From: Convolutriloba macropyga
Lineage: Eukaryota
Direction of reading: 5' to 3'
Assembly: GCF_964194025.1 (NCBI RefSeq)
Contig: NC_134470.1
Span: 52,452,001 to 52,516,000, forward strand
Length of the DNA: 64,000 nucleotides
Shown here one piece after another: positions 34,684-49,600 of the stretch. Under the pieces are notes generated by a model. That model made no database searches. It was not told where the DNA came from and saw only the letters and a program-made list of their open reading frames with translations. Each line of letters begins with the position of its first letter. Position 1 is the stretch's first letter. Made by a program: the position numbers and the translations under genes.

Positions 34684-34897
34684 CTTTATCCTCCGACTTG
34701 AAATCTATCGAAAATTTCTCTCGTTTTTCATTTTAGAACCCATCACCGGGAACAATTTTCATCTCAGTTTCAATCTCGAGCAAAAATTCATTGAAAAATC
34801 AAGGAACGAAATATCATAACAATATCTGTATATAAGGCAGCTTTTGCACATTGTAACACAAATATTATTAACATCCAAAATACGTCAAGCAATCTTT

Positions 34898-37672
34898 CTA
34901 GTCAGCCTGGGAAGATGCGTGAACTAATTTATACACTACAACTGCGCCATTTTGCGACACGAAGCCGATCAGATTCTTGCACGGGTGAAACTCGACATGT
35001 TGCACATCCTGCAATTGGGGCTTACTGCCGGACAAAAAGGACGAATAGCTTTGAGGCTGGATTTTGAAAGTAGACAAAACTTGTCCAGTATCAAGTCTCG
35101 CGATATCTGCGAAATAGACGTTATTTTTGAGGTATGTGGTCGCAAAAACGGATGACAAATGAGATAGCGCCACCTGCTCATGGTTCTCGGGCAGTCTGTA
35201 CGTTGCAATCGAATGTGGCTTTCTTAGATCCCAAAGCTTAACACTTTCAGCATAGCTCATCATATTGTGGTCCTTGTAGTTTGTGAGGTAGGCAATTGGT
35301 TTGTTATGTTCACGGTACAAAATTCTATTCTTCTCTGACTGTCGCATATCGATTGTTTGGATAGATCCGTTATGAAGCCCAAAGTAGTGGACGAATGGGT
35401 TCGTTTCAGGAGCCCTCTCGAAGTAGTCCAGGTGCTGCATACATCGAGTGACGGGTACAAAAACTGTCACTTCATGCTCACATTTCTGAGTTTCCAAATC
35501 CCAAACTCTGACAATGTTTTTGGCTTTTGCGTTCAAATTTAAATCAAAAGTCTGGTCAGTTGCAGCTGCTAGCAACTTACCAGCCCAACAATTCCAGGAG
35601 GTAACTAGTCGCTGTAGAGGCTGATTAGGCGCGACTCTGAAACCACGAAATGAGCAAAGAACTCCTGGTTTTTCTTCCACAGGCAACGAGTTCAAGGTGT
35701 CGGATCTTTGATCGCGCGCGGAAACTTCATTTACTTTAGTAATCGACTCATTACAGTTGAGAAATTTGAAGCAACCTAACGAATTGCCCACAAGTCCCAA
35801 GACCTTTTCATGCGAATTCACAATGTCAAAACTTAGAAACTTTTGGTCGCAAGTTTTCGGCGAAGATACTGGTTGTAAGTTTGCATTCTCGTCATAATAA
35901 AGTTGCTGTTTCTTTGAGTCCAAGTCTAAACTAACGAGTGAATTTGTCGACAGGGCCAAAATTGAATTCTTGTATGGCTCAAATTGGAAAGATACGAGCT
36001 GGTTTTTGACGGAAGATCCGGTACTAAAAGTAAACTGCTCTTGAGAGTCCAAAACATGGCCAAGCTCAGAATTGACTGAGAAATCGAGCTTGCGTTTGCT
36101 AGCTTTAATTCTCCACCGAGCATTATTGCGAAACTTTTTCAACTTTTCCATATTGTAATAAGACTCCTTCTCTGTAGGTGATAGCGTAGCACTTGCGGGA
36201 AGCTGCACATTAGCTTTGGCAAATGGCCATTTATGGAAGGGTTCCAACATCAATTGAGAGTATTCTTCAACAAACCCTGTGCAAAAATACCCTGCTGGAT
36301 TTTCCTTATGGTAATAATATGTTTCGTCTTGACGTTGGTTAAAAGTGACTGTATGTTTGCCGTGATTGGCCGGGGGTTCTTCATCAACGTCTACAAGTTG
36401 AACTCTGGATGAACTTGATGTCGGGTCATCGCAGGAATTCCCTTTCTTTCTTTGTCCACTACTGTGAGGGATGAGTGAGTTCGTAGGTGGCGCTGTACAA
36501 CTATCGCTTCTCAGAATTCCTCTCGGGGGATGCGAATTCTCTTTGTCGTCTGAAGCGTGACCTCCTTTATTAGCTTCAGAAATCCGCTTCAGCACCTGCT
36601 TTGCTATATCACTCACAGATCCACTCGGGTCATTTACCAGACTTATCAAAGTATCCCAGAGGTCTTTAAACTCTGTGGTTTCACTCGTTCCCCCCGCTAT
36701 CATAGGCATACTTGGGTTTTTCCTCAATGTCGTAGGGGTTCCACCGGCTGTAGCTGGACTACCAGGCCTGTCGCCTTTTCTGTTTTCCAATCCTGGGGTT
36801 CCAGTTCTTAAACCCGCTAAGGATGCTTTCTTAACTCTGGACGAACCTCCTGGTGGAGTACCAACGTGGAACGCACCAGCATCGTCGACACCCATCGCAT
36901 CCATAGACACAGTCATGTCATTTTCACGATGACTTTGAGATCTTTTGACATACATAACATGACTATCACAGTCGTTGCCATTCACTATACAAAAGGATTC
37001 ACTACCCTTGCGATAAAATGGACTCATGTTACCCGTCATTGCAATAGAGTCTTCTGAAAAGTTGATCACAAGCTGTTTCCATTTAGCCTGGAATACTTTC
37101 TCGTTCTCTAAAATAAAATGAGCAAGCGATACTGCGAGCTCTTTTCGCACCATTTCGCTGATATCAAATTTGCACCTTATAATTTGATAGGCAATTTTTT
37201 GATCAGTATCATCCATTTGAGCATCGCTTTTCATAACTGATTTAACAGAAGCTTCTTTGCCATGTTCGGACGAAATACTGCTGTAACTCCTCGTGTAGTT
37301 AGCGCTGTTTTCTTTAACCAAATTGCTGTTCTGGATAAAGGTCCCAAGCGCACATAACGTCGCCGTTCTCAGCTCCTCGTGCGGACTTCGTAACATATCA
37401 AAAAGCTGGTCCAGTACAGTAGTCCGAAGAGCAGCTCGTCTGGCTACGTCACAACTTTTCCACAGACTTCCCAAACAGATTACAATCCAGAGGTGGAAGA
37501 GAGGGTATTCAGTTTCAATTAGTTGTTGTTCACACATCGGGATGAAGTTGAGTTTGTCTTCTGCACAGATGGCTCTCACTTCTGGCAAGTGGTTCAGCAG
37601 CCGAGAAATGACGTAGGCAGCCAGGGTTTTGTGAATTATGCTGAAGGGCGGGGATGAACTGCACATTATTTC
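34898..37672 (-). CDS. RPTOR: Raptor last coding exon (HEAT end, linker, WD40 propeller)
   Basis: Acceptor ttttttcag|GAA; [52 protein letters not shown]. Confidence 0.92.
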   Translation of the reverse strand, partial: EIMCSSSPPFSIIHKTLAAYVISRLLNHLPEVRAICAEDKLNFIPMCEQQLIETEYPLFHLWIVICLGSLWKSCDVARRAALRTTVLDQLFDMLRSPHEELRTATLCALGTFIQNSNLVKENSANYTRSYSSISSEHGKEASVKSVMKSDAQMDDTDQKIAYQIIRCKFDISEMVRKELAVSLAHFILENEKVFQAKWKQLVINFSEDSIAMTGNMSPFYRKGSESFCIVNGNDCDSHVMYVKRSQSHRENDMTVSMDAMGVDDAGAFHVGTPPGGSSRVKKASLAGLRTGTPGLENRKGDRPGSPATAGGTPTTLRKNPSMPMIAGGTSETTEFKDLWDTLISLVNDPSGSVSDIAKQVLKRISEANKGGHASDDKENSHPPRGILRSDSCTAPPTNSLIPHSSGQRKKGNSCDDPTSSSSRVQLVDVDEEPPANHGKHTVTFNQRQDETYYYHKENPAGYFCTGFVEEYSQLMLEPFHKWPFAKANVQLPASATLSPTEKESYYNMEKLKKFRNNARWRIKASKRKLDFSVNSELGHVLDSQEQFTFSTGSSVKNQLVSFQFEPYKNSILALSTNSLVSLDLDSKKQQLYYDENANLQPVSSPKTCDQKFLSFDIVNSHEKVLGLVGNSLGCFKFLNCNESITKVNEVSARDQRSDTLNSLPVEEKPGVLCSFRGFRVAPNQPLQRLVTSWNCWAGKLLAAATDQTFDLNLNAKAKNIVRVWDLETQKCEHEVTVFVPVTRCMQHLDYFERAPETNPFVHYFGLHNGSIQTIDMRQSEKNRILYREHNKPIAYLTNYKDHNMMSYAESVKLWDLRKPHSIATYRLPENHEQVALSHLSSVFATTYLKNNVYFADIARLDTGQVLSTFKIQPQSYSSFLSGSKPQLQDVQHVEFHPCKNLIGFVSQNGAVVVYKLVHASSQAD

Positions 37673-40600
37673 CTGAAAAAAACTTATTCTTCCTTGACCA
37701 ACCAAGATGTTATATTTTTTAAATTTTTGCTAGCATATGTCCTTAACGGTCAGCAAACAACAGGAAGAAAACAATGCTCCGCTCATTTTTTAAACACAGA
37801 TGACAACATTAACACCGTGAGGGTGGGGGTACGTTGAAGGGGTGAGCTGCGACCAAGCAGCAAAATACGGACTTAACACTGCAAATCATGCGTTCATTAA
37901 ATTCTGCGCTTCGTGTTTGCCAATAATATACAGCCATCAAGTTTGAAAGTGAAGGAGAGAAGCAGAAAGAAACGGAAGTAATCCGGATTCTAAAAAGTGA
38001 GATTGAAAAATGACTAACTTTAAAGCTGGAGATGTAGACCTCTTTGGTCATCTCAAGTGAGGAGAAAAAGGAGGGATCCAGAGCAATTATCTTGGCGTAT
38101 ATACAGAGAAGAGGGGGCAGAGTGTCCGGAGTAGCAGTGGAGGGGGTTGAGAGTAGTCTGGCGATGTAGGGAAACACGCCCACACTCATTGCCGACATAA
38201 CTGCACGAACATCCACGTCCAAAAACTGTTTGAGGAGTTCCAGTGCACGAGGTCTGTGGTTCTGGGCTAGAAGCACCTGAAACGCATCCAGGCTACATTT
38301 GATTTAGAGTTAATTAATTCTTCAGAATAATATATCTACAGACCTTAATAACAGATGATATATTTCTAGCGCTAAATAGTTTGTAAAAAGTTTCAGACAA
38401 ACAACTGCATGATTATTCACGTAATTCAAGATTTTGCGTAGTTATATTTTCAAAATTAGGAGGGCACATTTTAATTGAAATTCCTAACATCGGCACTATT
38501 AACAAATTTACGAATGCCTTCTGCTGTGTGTCGATTATAGCATCTACGGACAATTGTTTATAAAAAGGACTTGACTTCAAAGAAGGACAATAAAAGTTAA
38601 ACAAATTTGCTCGAGAGAACTTTTACTATTTAACTTCAAATTCAATTTAACATTAAAATTTTGTCCACCAATAGGTAAGAAGTTAAAATTTAAGCTTAGT
38701 ATTCTGAGAAAAAGAAACTGATTGAAATCATTCTTACAGGGACCAACTAAGAGACCCACTAATTGAATTAGTCTTGCTTAGGAGCACGCGACATATTTAA
38801 GTCGGACAAATAGGTTTGACAAACTCTACAAACAGTGTCAAAATTATTGTTTAATTATCAGCCACAATGGCACAGTAAAACAAATCCGGCAGATTGCCGG
38901 ATAAGAGCCGCCGTTGATTCCCATAACCACAATTGGGATTGAAAGAAAAGAAAATAATAAAAAAGAACATGAATTTTGTAGAAAAACGAAGAGCGAACTA
39001 TTTTGAAGTCATTTTGTAGTCGCACATTCTCCTGTTTCATAGTGAGACGATACTGGAGCTAGTATCAATACCAATAATCATTAGAGATGGTAACTAAGAC
39101 TTATAAGAACCAAGTTCGAATAACGGGCATCTAAAACTGGGCTCTACGGGTTTATTCCGCTTCTATTTCTGATTTCGGTTCTTGATACCGACTCTGTTTA
39201 TTTTGAATTGCTTTGCTGAGCAACTGCTGTCTAAAAGCATTTTAAGCAGAATGAGAGAAGAGTGACACTAGCCTAGAGAAGTCAAAAAGATTTCACGCAA
39301 AATGTTGAACAAGCTCTTAACAAAGGTAAAGCAAAAAATTTTTACTCGACGAAGTAAAAAAACACAGCACCACAAGTCCTGAAATACGTTTAGAGAATTG
39401 TACTAATTTATCACCCGACAATCATTCACTCCGCTTTAAAAGGCAAATGAGAGGTGTTATTAATGAGACTAAGCAATAAAACAACAAAAACAAGCAAGAA
39501 TAAATATTCAACTTTTATTTTTTGAAAAGACAGAATCAAATTCAAAAACTGCTATTATCTCAAACTGCTAACTACATTCCTCTATTTCTCATTAGCAAAT
39601 TGTCATTATGTCGATGAATCCTTTCACAAATAATATTAAATGATAAGACAAAAAATAACCAAAAATCGCAATAAAACTCGCTTAATTTTTTTTAAAAACA
39701 ATTAGTATAATTCGCAGAACCCAACAGCTACTGAACGCTACAATTATATCAATTAATTAGGTCCCAAACAATCACCGTTGAGACCTGTCATCAATGAGAC
39801 TAAGTGGTAAGACAGCAATAAGTACAACAAATACTAGCAAAACTAAAAAAAAAACTAAGATTTTTTTAAAACGAACAAACGTATAGGTCACAAAAGCTAT
39901 GAAACGAAAGACTGGCTTCAATTTAGGCTTTTTTAGCAACAATGAGACCTGGTAATAATGAGACTAAGAGTTAAGACGACAAAGTTGAAAGAAAATCTAG
40001 CAAAACTCAAAAACTTCGATAAGAACTATTGAAAACAGTGCCAAAGTCATAGAAAGCGCTAGATTTGAGCAAAAACGATCGAATCGATAAACTTAACCCT
40101 TATTAGCAGCAACAGTGACCTACCCCGATGAGAACAAATGATAAGACGCCAAAAAGTACAAAAATACTTGCAGATCTAAAAAAATGAATCAAAATTTTTG
40201 AGAAAAAGTAGTGTCAAAGTCATGAAAACCACTAGCTATCAACTGGAGCCAATCATTAGGTTCTTTTATGTCTCATTAGCAACCAATAAGACCTGTCATT
40301 GATGATAATAAGTGATAATACAACCGATAATTTTGAAAAAAGGAGCAAAATCTAAAATTCACTAATATTTTATGATAACCAATAGCGGCAAAGTCAAAAA
40401 ATTTTTAGATGCCTCTTAATGAATTCAAGGAATGTCAAACAGGCACAATTAAAGCACAAATGTGCCGTCTTAAAAGCACTGAAGAAGAGGAAACTCTTAA
40501 AACAGAAGTCAAATTGACGTACCTGAAAAAACAATATCAACACAGCCAAATTCTTCAAACACCAGTTTCTCACTCCACTTTAAAGGTACTTTGAAAAAAG

Positions 40601-43600
40601 TAACGCGTCAAACATACTCAATTTTTTGCTCCCTTTACTATTTCAGTGTGATCAAAATCACCTCTCTAATTCTAATTTGACTTCTCAGTGACGTGAAAAG
40701 GCCGAAAAAAGCGTGAAAAATCTTAAAGCATAGCCGGAGGATTTCCGGAAGCAAGTCGAAGCGTCAAAACTTCACAAAAAAACCGTAATTGCAACTGAAG
40801 TCATTACCTTTTGTACTAAACCATACACTCATTAGCTCCTCAGGTCCGATCTAAAAATTGATGAAGTCCGATATAACTAGAATGGTCAAAACACTGATAG
40901 GCTAAAAAAACTGACAGGGCTATCAATTGCCCTAAAATAATTCATGATTCTAATCTCAAAAAGATCGCCAAAGCAAACGGCAGATAATAATCTGAGAATC
41001 TAAGCTGAACTTCTCAAAAAAGAAATCTCAAATTTAAGAATCAGAAAATCAATACAATTCGATTTCTAATTACTGCACTTCTATTTACTGTCAAAAACAA
41101 CATATACTTCTCCCTTGTAGTTTATATGCTGTCAACATGATTTATTACTAATTCAAAAATTAAATTAATCATTGAAAAGACATAAGCAACATAATAATAT
41201 TCAAAGGCAAAAAATCAATTAAAACCAATACCAATGCCGGTAAAAATGGCAATAAATAGTAATAAGTGGAGAATTTGGAAAAAGCTTTGTAGCACACTCT
41301 CAGTACTGGCTTATGTTGAATGAAAACAATTGCATACAAAAGAAATGACGAAAATCTAACAAAAAGATGAAATCGTTCAATTTTATAACAACTGAATCAC
41401 AAGAAGGAATATAAATGTAGGTGCCAGGAAAAAACTAGAATGATACAAACTAGAACTTGAAGAATTTGGACACATTTTAAGGGACGCCGTAATAAACAGA
41501 CAATAATTCATGATTTTTTAAAGTTAGAAATCAAATTTCAAAAAATCAAAAAAACCGAATACATTTAATTGTTCAGCATTCGCGACATAGAATAAACAAC
41601 TTGTCATCTGAGACGAAGATTGATTCTTCTGAACACAAAAAATCAAAGAAAAAAAGCAGAATTCAAGCATACAAAATGAAAAATTTTGCAAAAAAACTTT
41701 TAAGACTGCATTTATAAAAAAATTTAATTGTTTTTCAAAAACTTCAAGACAAAAAATGGTTGATTTTCGATTGAAACGAAATTAAAGTCTCTCATAGTGC
41801 ACAAAAGACTCTTTCTAGTAATTAAAACCAAAATATAAACAAGAAAACTGAAAAAAATTGGAAAAAAACTACCAAAATCGGATTAGCATATGTAAATTTA
41901 AAAAAAAATTACATCGAGGTAGAAAGAGGCGTTCAGAAATGATTTTTGTCAAAAAGACGGCTGAAAGATCCAAAAATAAAAAAATTAATAGAAAAAAAGC
42001 CAAAAACTAACTAAAAAATCAAAAAATATGTGCCAATTTTGAACCTGAAATGCAATTTCCGGCTCTCTAAAATTTCAACATAGCATCGAATAAAAACAAT
42101 TTACAAATATCCAAATTACCAGCAAAAAAAATTGGGGCACTTACACAAAAAAACGGCTTAATACGGATATCTATATGTGCCATAAAGTCAAAAACTTCTT
42201 TTCAAAGTCCAAAAGTCAATAATTAAACACAGCCTATGATCAAAAAACTTCTTTTGCTCAGAAAAAAATTTGTTCACACGGCAATTTTAATCACTATCGC
42301 TTTTAGGTCAAAACAGCGTTTGAGCGAATAGTACTTCCGGTAAAAAAAACATAGCCGGAAGAATTCGGGAAGCGACTCGAAGCGTCAAAATTTCTTAAAA
42401 AACCGCAATTAGAGCTGAAGCAACTACCTTTCGTGTTAAACCAATAACTCATTGCCTCTCCAGGTCTGAGCTAAAAATTGGTGAAACTTAAACTACTCAC
42501 CAAGAAAAAATGCAGCCAAATTCTATATTATTGAAAACCACTGATAACAATGAAAAAATCCGAAATAATTAGGATGGTCAAAATACTGAAAGTCTGAAAA
42601 AGCTGACAGAGCTATCGAGTGCGCTCAAATAATTCATGATTCTAATGTCAAAAAGGTCGCAAAAGCAAACCGCAGATAAATCCAAGTTAAATTTTTCCAA
42701 AAAGAATGCTGAAAATTAAAAATCAGAAAACCACAATTAGAATCCTAATCTCTGCAATTAAGACAAAACCAACACGAACTTCAGCCTTGACGTATATTTT
42801 CTAGACAACATGACTTCATAATAATTCAAAAACTAAATAAATCATAGAAAAAGACATAAACAACAGAATTATAATCAAAGGCAAAAAATCGTTTAGAAAC
42901 AATACCAACGCCAAGGAAAACGTGCAATAAATAGTGATAAGTGAAAATTTTGGGAAAAGTTTTCTAGCAAGCTCTCAGTACTGCCTTGTGGAATGAAATC
43001 AATCACAAACCGAAGAGATGACAAAATCTAAGAAAAAGCTGAATTCTTTCAATTTTTTAACAAATACAAAAAACAAATTTAACGAATTTAAAAGTAGGTG
43101 CCAGGACATCGCAGGAGTGATACAAACTAGAATGTGAAGAATATCGACACAAACTAAGGAACACCGTAACAAAGATTAATTTTTGAAAGTTGAAAATTAA
43201 ATTGAAAAAAAAAACAAAAGGATAACATTTTATTGTTCAGCAATCGAGACATAGATTCATCCTCACGAACGGAACAAAAAAGAAAGCAGAATTCAAATAT
43301 ACGAAACATTTGGCAAAAAATGTTCAATAATTTTTTCAGACTACATTTATGAAAAAAAGTTTTAACTGTTTTTCAAAAACCTAACACCAAAAAGATTGAT
43401 TTTTTTGAGACGAAATTAAAGTCCCTCCTGTTGCACAAGAAGACTATTTCTAGTAATTAAAACTGCAACAAGAACAAAAAATTGAGAAAAATTGGAAAAA
43501 ACTACCAAAATCGCATTAGCATATGTACAATTTTATTTAAAAAAATACATCGAGGTAGAAAGAGGCGTTGAGTATATCAATTATCAAAAGAAGGTTGCTA

Positions 43601-46600
43601 TATTAACTGATTTTTGACAAAAAGACGGTTGAAAGATCCAAAAATGAAGAAATTACTAGAAAAAAGCCAAAAGTTAACTAAAAAATCTATTAATATGTGC
43701 TAATTTTGAACTTCAAACGCATTTTCAGGTCCTGCAAAACACTGTGGTATCCATTTCCGAGGCTTAAATTTCAATATAGCATCGAATAAAACTATTTCTA
43801 CAAAAACCAAAACATACCCGGCAGATTGCCGGAAAATAGCCGCCTTTGATTCCAATAAGCATGATTGGGATTGAAAGAATAGAAGATATTGAAAAAAAAA
43901 GATTTTTGTACAAAATATTTTCTAAGTCCGATTTATTTTGCTGGCATTTCGTAGTTGAACATACTTCTGCTTCTTAGAGAGAGGCTACAGGGGCTACCAT
44001 CAATACCAAAAAGCATTCGAGATGGTGACTAAGACTTATAGGAACGACGTTCAAATAGCGGGCATCTAAAATTGGGCTTTATGGGTTTATTCCGTTTCTA
44101 TTTGACTTCAATTTTTTATACTGACTCTGTTCAATTTGAATTGCTCTGCTGAGCAACTGATTTTCAAAATCACTTTTAGCAGAATGAGAGAAGAGAGAAA
44201 CTAGCCTAGGGAAGTCAAAAAGATTTCACGCAAAATGTTGAAAAAGCGGCAAAATGAGGTAAAGCAAAACATTTTTTTTGTTCGACGAAGTAAAAAAAAT
44301 TAGGAGCGCTATAATAGCCGGCTGAGAAGATGAGGGCGGCTATTAATTACAAAAAAAAATGGGCCACTTGAACGAAAAAACGGCTAAAAACGGTTATCTA
44401 TATGTGACTTCAAAGTCAAAAAGTCATTCACTAAACGCAGCGCATGATCAAAAAACTTCTCTCGCTCAGAAAAAAATAGTTCACACGAGAATTTTACTCA
44501 CTTTTGCTTTTAGGTCAAAACATTATCTGAACGAATAGTACTTCCGGTAAAAAAACCTTAAGAAAACAATACTCCTCTTCGAGTCGTAAAAACCTTAAGA
44601 AAACCAATACTCCTCTTCGAGTCGTAAAAAAGACAGCGCACTAACAATTGAAATCCTTTGAATTGTAAAAAATAGGAGCTCTATAATAGCCGGCCGAGAA
44701 GCTGAGGCGGCTATTAATAATACAATGACATGATCACAGTTGTTTAAAAATCATCGATTCGGCAACTTTTCAAGAATTAAAAGTAGAGCCGCAACATCTG
44801 TAGCGACATTGGTACAACACAGGCATGAATTGAGAATACTTTTCTTTCTCTCAAATTAGCCTCTCCGAAAACGGTAGTGGCTAACCGTTGAGTGCTCAAT
44901 AACCTGAAACAGACTTCGCAATTTTTAGGCAACAGTTATTTTAATTTCCATCCTGTTGGATCATATTTCACAAAAACGTGAACATGGCGAGATTCCCGTT
45001 ATAGTTACGAAATCATTTTTACTGCACGTTAGTTATACAGATGGCAACGTAAATACCTAATTGAATTCAGAAACTAATCGCAACACCTTCAGAAATTTGA
45101 AAAATACAAATTCCTTTGCTGCTTCACTCGTGACATTCGAAAAGATTCCTTAACGAGCGACATTCCTCCTTTATAATGGTTCTTTATTCACCTTGAAGCT
45201 GAATAGGTGATTAATTGAATTCAGGGGATTGAACAAAAGTTTGATTAGGCGAAATTAATTTTTGACATCAGACCAAAAATTTCAGTTCAAATTTCGTAGA
45301 TAGTAGTACATGATACCGTTATGTAGTAGGGGATGGGGGTGCATATTTCAAGTGTCCCCTAAAATGATTATTATTGCTAAAGAATATCGTAATACATCTG
45401 TCCCCCATTCATGCGTCCTGTTTTTACTACTATAAAGCATCATGTACTACAGTGGATGATAGGCGAAATCAAATTAAACCATTCGAAGCCGGTACATGAA
45501 GTTCCACTTGTCAATATAACTTGGTCAAAAGCTCTCCTATACCACGCAATGAATTAAAAAAGCGCGCTACGTTAAAACTTGAGTAACATTTGAATTACGC
45601 TATCAATTTCATTCATTCTCTTCACTGTTTAACGCTCGGGCACCCATCCTCCAGAAAAAAAACAATAGATTTATTGCACAAATAGCTGCAACTGCTTCGT
45701 AGATGAGTAGCCTAAAAAACCAACGTAGACGAGGTGATAACAACAGACTGAATAAAAGTAAGTTTTTTTAAATCGATTGCTCTTACCTTGATTTAAAAGA
45801 ATTTGTCTAACTTAGGAAGTTCCTTGCAGCTACCTTCAACTAACCACCTACAATCATCCTCAAATGATCTAAACACCCCATATTAAAGAAAGCAATAGCT
45901 ATTTTGAGAGAGGCAAGTCATGTGCCACCAAAAGAACTATTTGACGCAAAACAAATCTTCCAGATCTTGAAATTTTTTATAATGGATTCAATAGTTTCTT
46001 TCATTATCAGGTAAAAACCATTTTAGCTCTGTTTATATCAGCCATGTTTCGTTTTGTAATTGTGCAGACTACTGCCGGAAGAATTTATCTCAGACGACTG
46101 TCGAACGGAGAAGAATGGAAAAAGGGCCCCTGCGTTAGGGGCTGAGGGTTCCAGCGGAATATGAGTCTCACTTTGGGCCAAGCGTGGAGTGGGGGTGTTT
46201 GGAGTGGAGTGAGAGAGGGGGTCTAACTCGCTAAAAGGCTCCCTTAGACCATGATTTGGTCTTCTCATGAGCTTCGAGACTCGTAAAGCTCTAACAGAAC
46301 TGCTTAATGTCACAAATTTTGTCTGAGAGAATTTGAACATCTGGCTAGCTGGGGCTTAGGGAGGCTGGCTTAAGTTGAACTGAGAGAAGGGGAAGATTAG
46401 TAGAAAAAGGGATGCATTGTGGGGTAGAGCTGCGCGGGAGGGTCATGGGATGAGCGCATTAGAGGTCTCAATGGGAGTAACCGCACGCTGTTAGGGGTAG
46501 ATTGAGGTGGGGTGGATTGCGGAGATCTAAACCGCCTCACATCATAATTTTATATCTTCTCAGCAGTTCCAGTGATTTGTACACTTGGAGACCACAAAAG

Positions 46601-49600
46601 CTCTAGAGAACTGAGTGACCTAGTGCCCTCCAGATTTCACCTCTTTATCCAGTTTTTGTCACAAACAGTCATGGTCAGACGAAAAATAAACTATCAGGCA
46701 AAAACTTGGTAGTACGCAAAATCGCATAAGATCAACAAGACTAATATAATTGCTCCAAACTTCGTTTGAGAACAATTAATTGCCAAATGCATTTAGATTT
46801 CAAACGGATTACGTCCCAAAAATAGATGACAGAATAAAATGAGCTTCCCTGTGGCTAATTTTGAATTGGGCCATAACACAAGACATAGGAAAAGGTTCTC
46901 AACACACCTGTAGCACAATTGGAAGAAGTATCGGCTTCTGGTAGCCGGTAGTTCTGATCTGGGTCAGGAAAGTCTCAAACGCCTTCAGTTGTTCACTAAA
47001 GAAAGAGCTGAAGACGTATTCGCGTCTCTCCTTTCCAGCACCCGGGGCACCAGCTGCGGATGTGGGGTCCTGAGGTGTGGGAGCGGAAGAAGGGTTCTGC
47101 TGCTGTCCATTGGTCTGAGATGAGGTTGATGACAAAATGTAGGGTAGCTGCTTCACACAATAGTCGCACACCATGTCCCACGCTTTCCACATCGGGTGAT
47201 TGGCAGTGTCTAAAAAATCATGAATTAATAAAACTAAGGTTTCCTCATTTATCATTTTTAACTTGAGTCAAGCAGATAACTCAAACCCGGCCCAACGGGA
47301 AACTAATGCGTATCTCTTGCACTGATAACAGTTGGCACAACGTAATAAGAGGTAGAACTGGCCGCTACAATAGGTATCTGCCATTTAAAAGTTGTAAGTT
47401 GTTGATATGCGATGCTTATCTTTCTGTACCAATGCAATTGTTAGTTTTAATTTGACAAATGATCGATGGTTATATACTCATATAAAGTTGTGCTAACATT
47501 AATCATTGATTGTCAGGTCTGCTTAGGAAAATAGCTTTTATTTTTTCCTTATTGACTCGGTGAAACATGACAGGTATGCAATTATTCTGATTTTCAAGAT
47601 CAATTGTTGGCCAATTTTCGACGGACAAAAATTTGCATTCGCTCTAGTACATCACGCATACGCAAAGATATCCTTAGATTAACACTTTCCACTTTTAGGA
47701 TCAACAAAATTCCAATAACCTTCAGGGAAATCGGGTTCAGAACAAGGTGTGCAGTTGTATGATTTAAGGATTCTGACAGCAAGTAAGAAATTTCTGGAGA
47801 GTCCAGCTATGAGATTGTCCTGACGGAAAAGCCTTTGAAACATGGCCACTGGAAGCAGCGACCACCCAATTGTATCTGTCACTGCAGTGAAGATCCAGTT
47901 CAGCTCACCTGCAATTAGTATTGGTAACTTAGACTACATTCTAAAAAATCACAGTTAGAACTTAACCGTTCTAATCATTCCAAATAACGTTTTATAACTT
48001 TAAAACGTTTCCCGTATAACTTTCCCATGAACAAATAATTGATAAGTAGGAACCGAAGATCATTTATTACAGCAGTTTTGTAATGAAACACTCCAGAAAC
48101 ACTAACCCAGCGGTGTTCGCCTGTCCGTAGTTTTTCCTGGAATGTTATCTGTACTTTCTGCTGTAATACCAGGAGGCAAACAGTCAGGATTCTGCATACA
48201 GTACCACCTGAGTGCTATTTTGATTGGAGTTGTGAGACAGCTGGTAAAAAGATCAGCTGGCAGTTCTGGGTTCATCGGTAAAATATCATCCCGACCACAT
48301 GCACCAAAACAAATTACGTCAAGACTCGGATCTGCTTGAAGACAGATATTCTTGAACGTGTCCACAATCAGTCCGGCATTTGAGCAGTCGAAAACATACA
48401 TTGTTGGTCCTTGCAACCATTTATTGACATCCAAAACGCACATTGGTATATACTGGGTGAAATCGCGATTGAAAACCCAAATTTCTCCATTAGCTGTTGG
48501 TTTTGGGACCCCATGGCCATTGTAGTGGAGAAGTACTCGGTCATCTTTTGCATTTTTCCTGAGCTGTACGCAAGCTTTAGATACAGTTTCACTAATTGGG
48601 TCTGTTAGAATTTTGTATCGAGCTCTTTGCTGCATTCTCTCGTACTGCTGGTGCAAAGCATTTCCTTAAACAGATTTTACAAAATAATTCTCCCCACCGC
48701 TGAATGAATAGGTTCACATATAGCATCCATCATTGATTGGATAGCCGAATGAGACTGGCTTCACAGAGAAGTTCAAAAATCAGTAGCAGTAATTGAGGCT
48801 TTTCCGGACGCGTTCCTAGGGGCATTTTACAATTTATGTACAACCATTCGGTTAAAGAAGTTTAATACACATTAAGAAAGAGTTTCAGTTTTAAAAAAAT
48901 AACGTAAGAAAACAGTTCTTGTTAAGACTGAGTTTTGGATCTCATTGTATTAATAAAACACTTCTTTTTCCACAGGCGCACTCAGCCATTCCATGTACCA
49001 TGGAGGACTTCTACTGGCTGATCTTGACATATCCAAATGATAGCGGCTCGGTTACTAGGCTAAACTTGTAGGAGATGGTGTGAAAGGCAAGTTTCATATT
49101 CTTAAGGCAGGTATCATGCATTTTAAAAGATTAAAACAAAATAAAAAGTGACGCCTTCCGAGGGGTATTTACACACGTATTAAGACCTGGTATCAAAATT
49201 CTTCAATTCTATTTCAAGGCGTCACTTGACTAGGATCCTTTAAAGCCTATTGATGACCCTTCTGATCTGACTGTTGTTTGTGCTGAATTAATAACATGTT
49301 CTTAGATTCTGAAAATCTACTTTTAAAATTATTAACTCGCCTGGATTTCTGATTTCTAATTGAATAGTTTATAGGTCTTCAGCAATTGTTACAGTATATT
49401 AATTTGCATTCTCTAGGCAAATATGTTGTCGTAGCTGAATTTTCGCGTGACGTAACACGAGTAGTTTGCTGATTGTCAATTTATTTCTTCTCCGTGTTTA
49501 CAATTATTACTACGAACTATTTTTTTGTATTCTTTAAATTGAAAATACTGTTTTTGAACAATTCGATTCCCTCCACTAAAAAGTAGTAGGTTAACTAGGG

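Noticed and set aside
34952-37616. Plus-strand ORFs overlapping Raptor, and similar ones opposite LINE ORF2
   Set aside because: Antisense shadows of real coding sequence.
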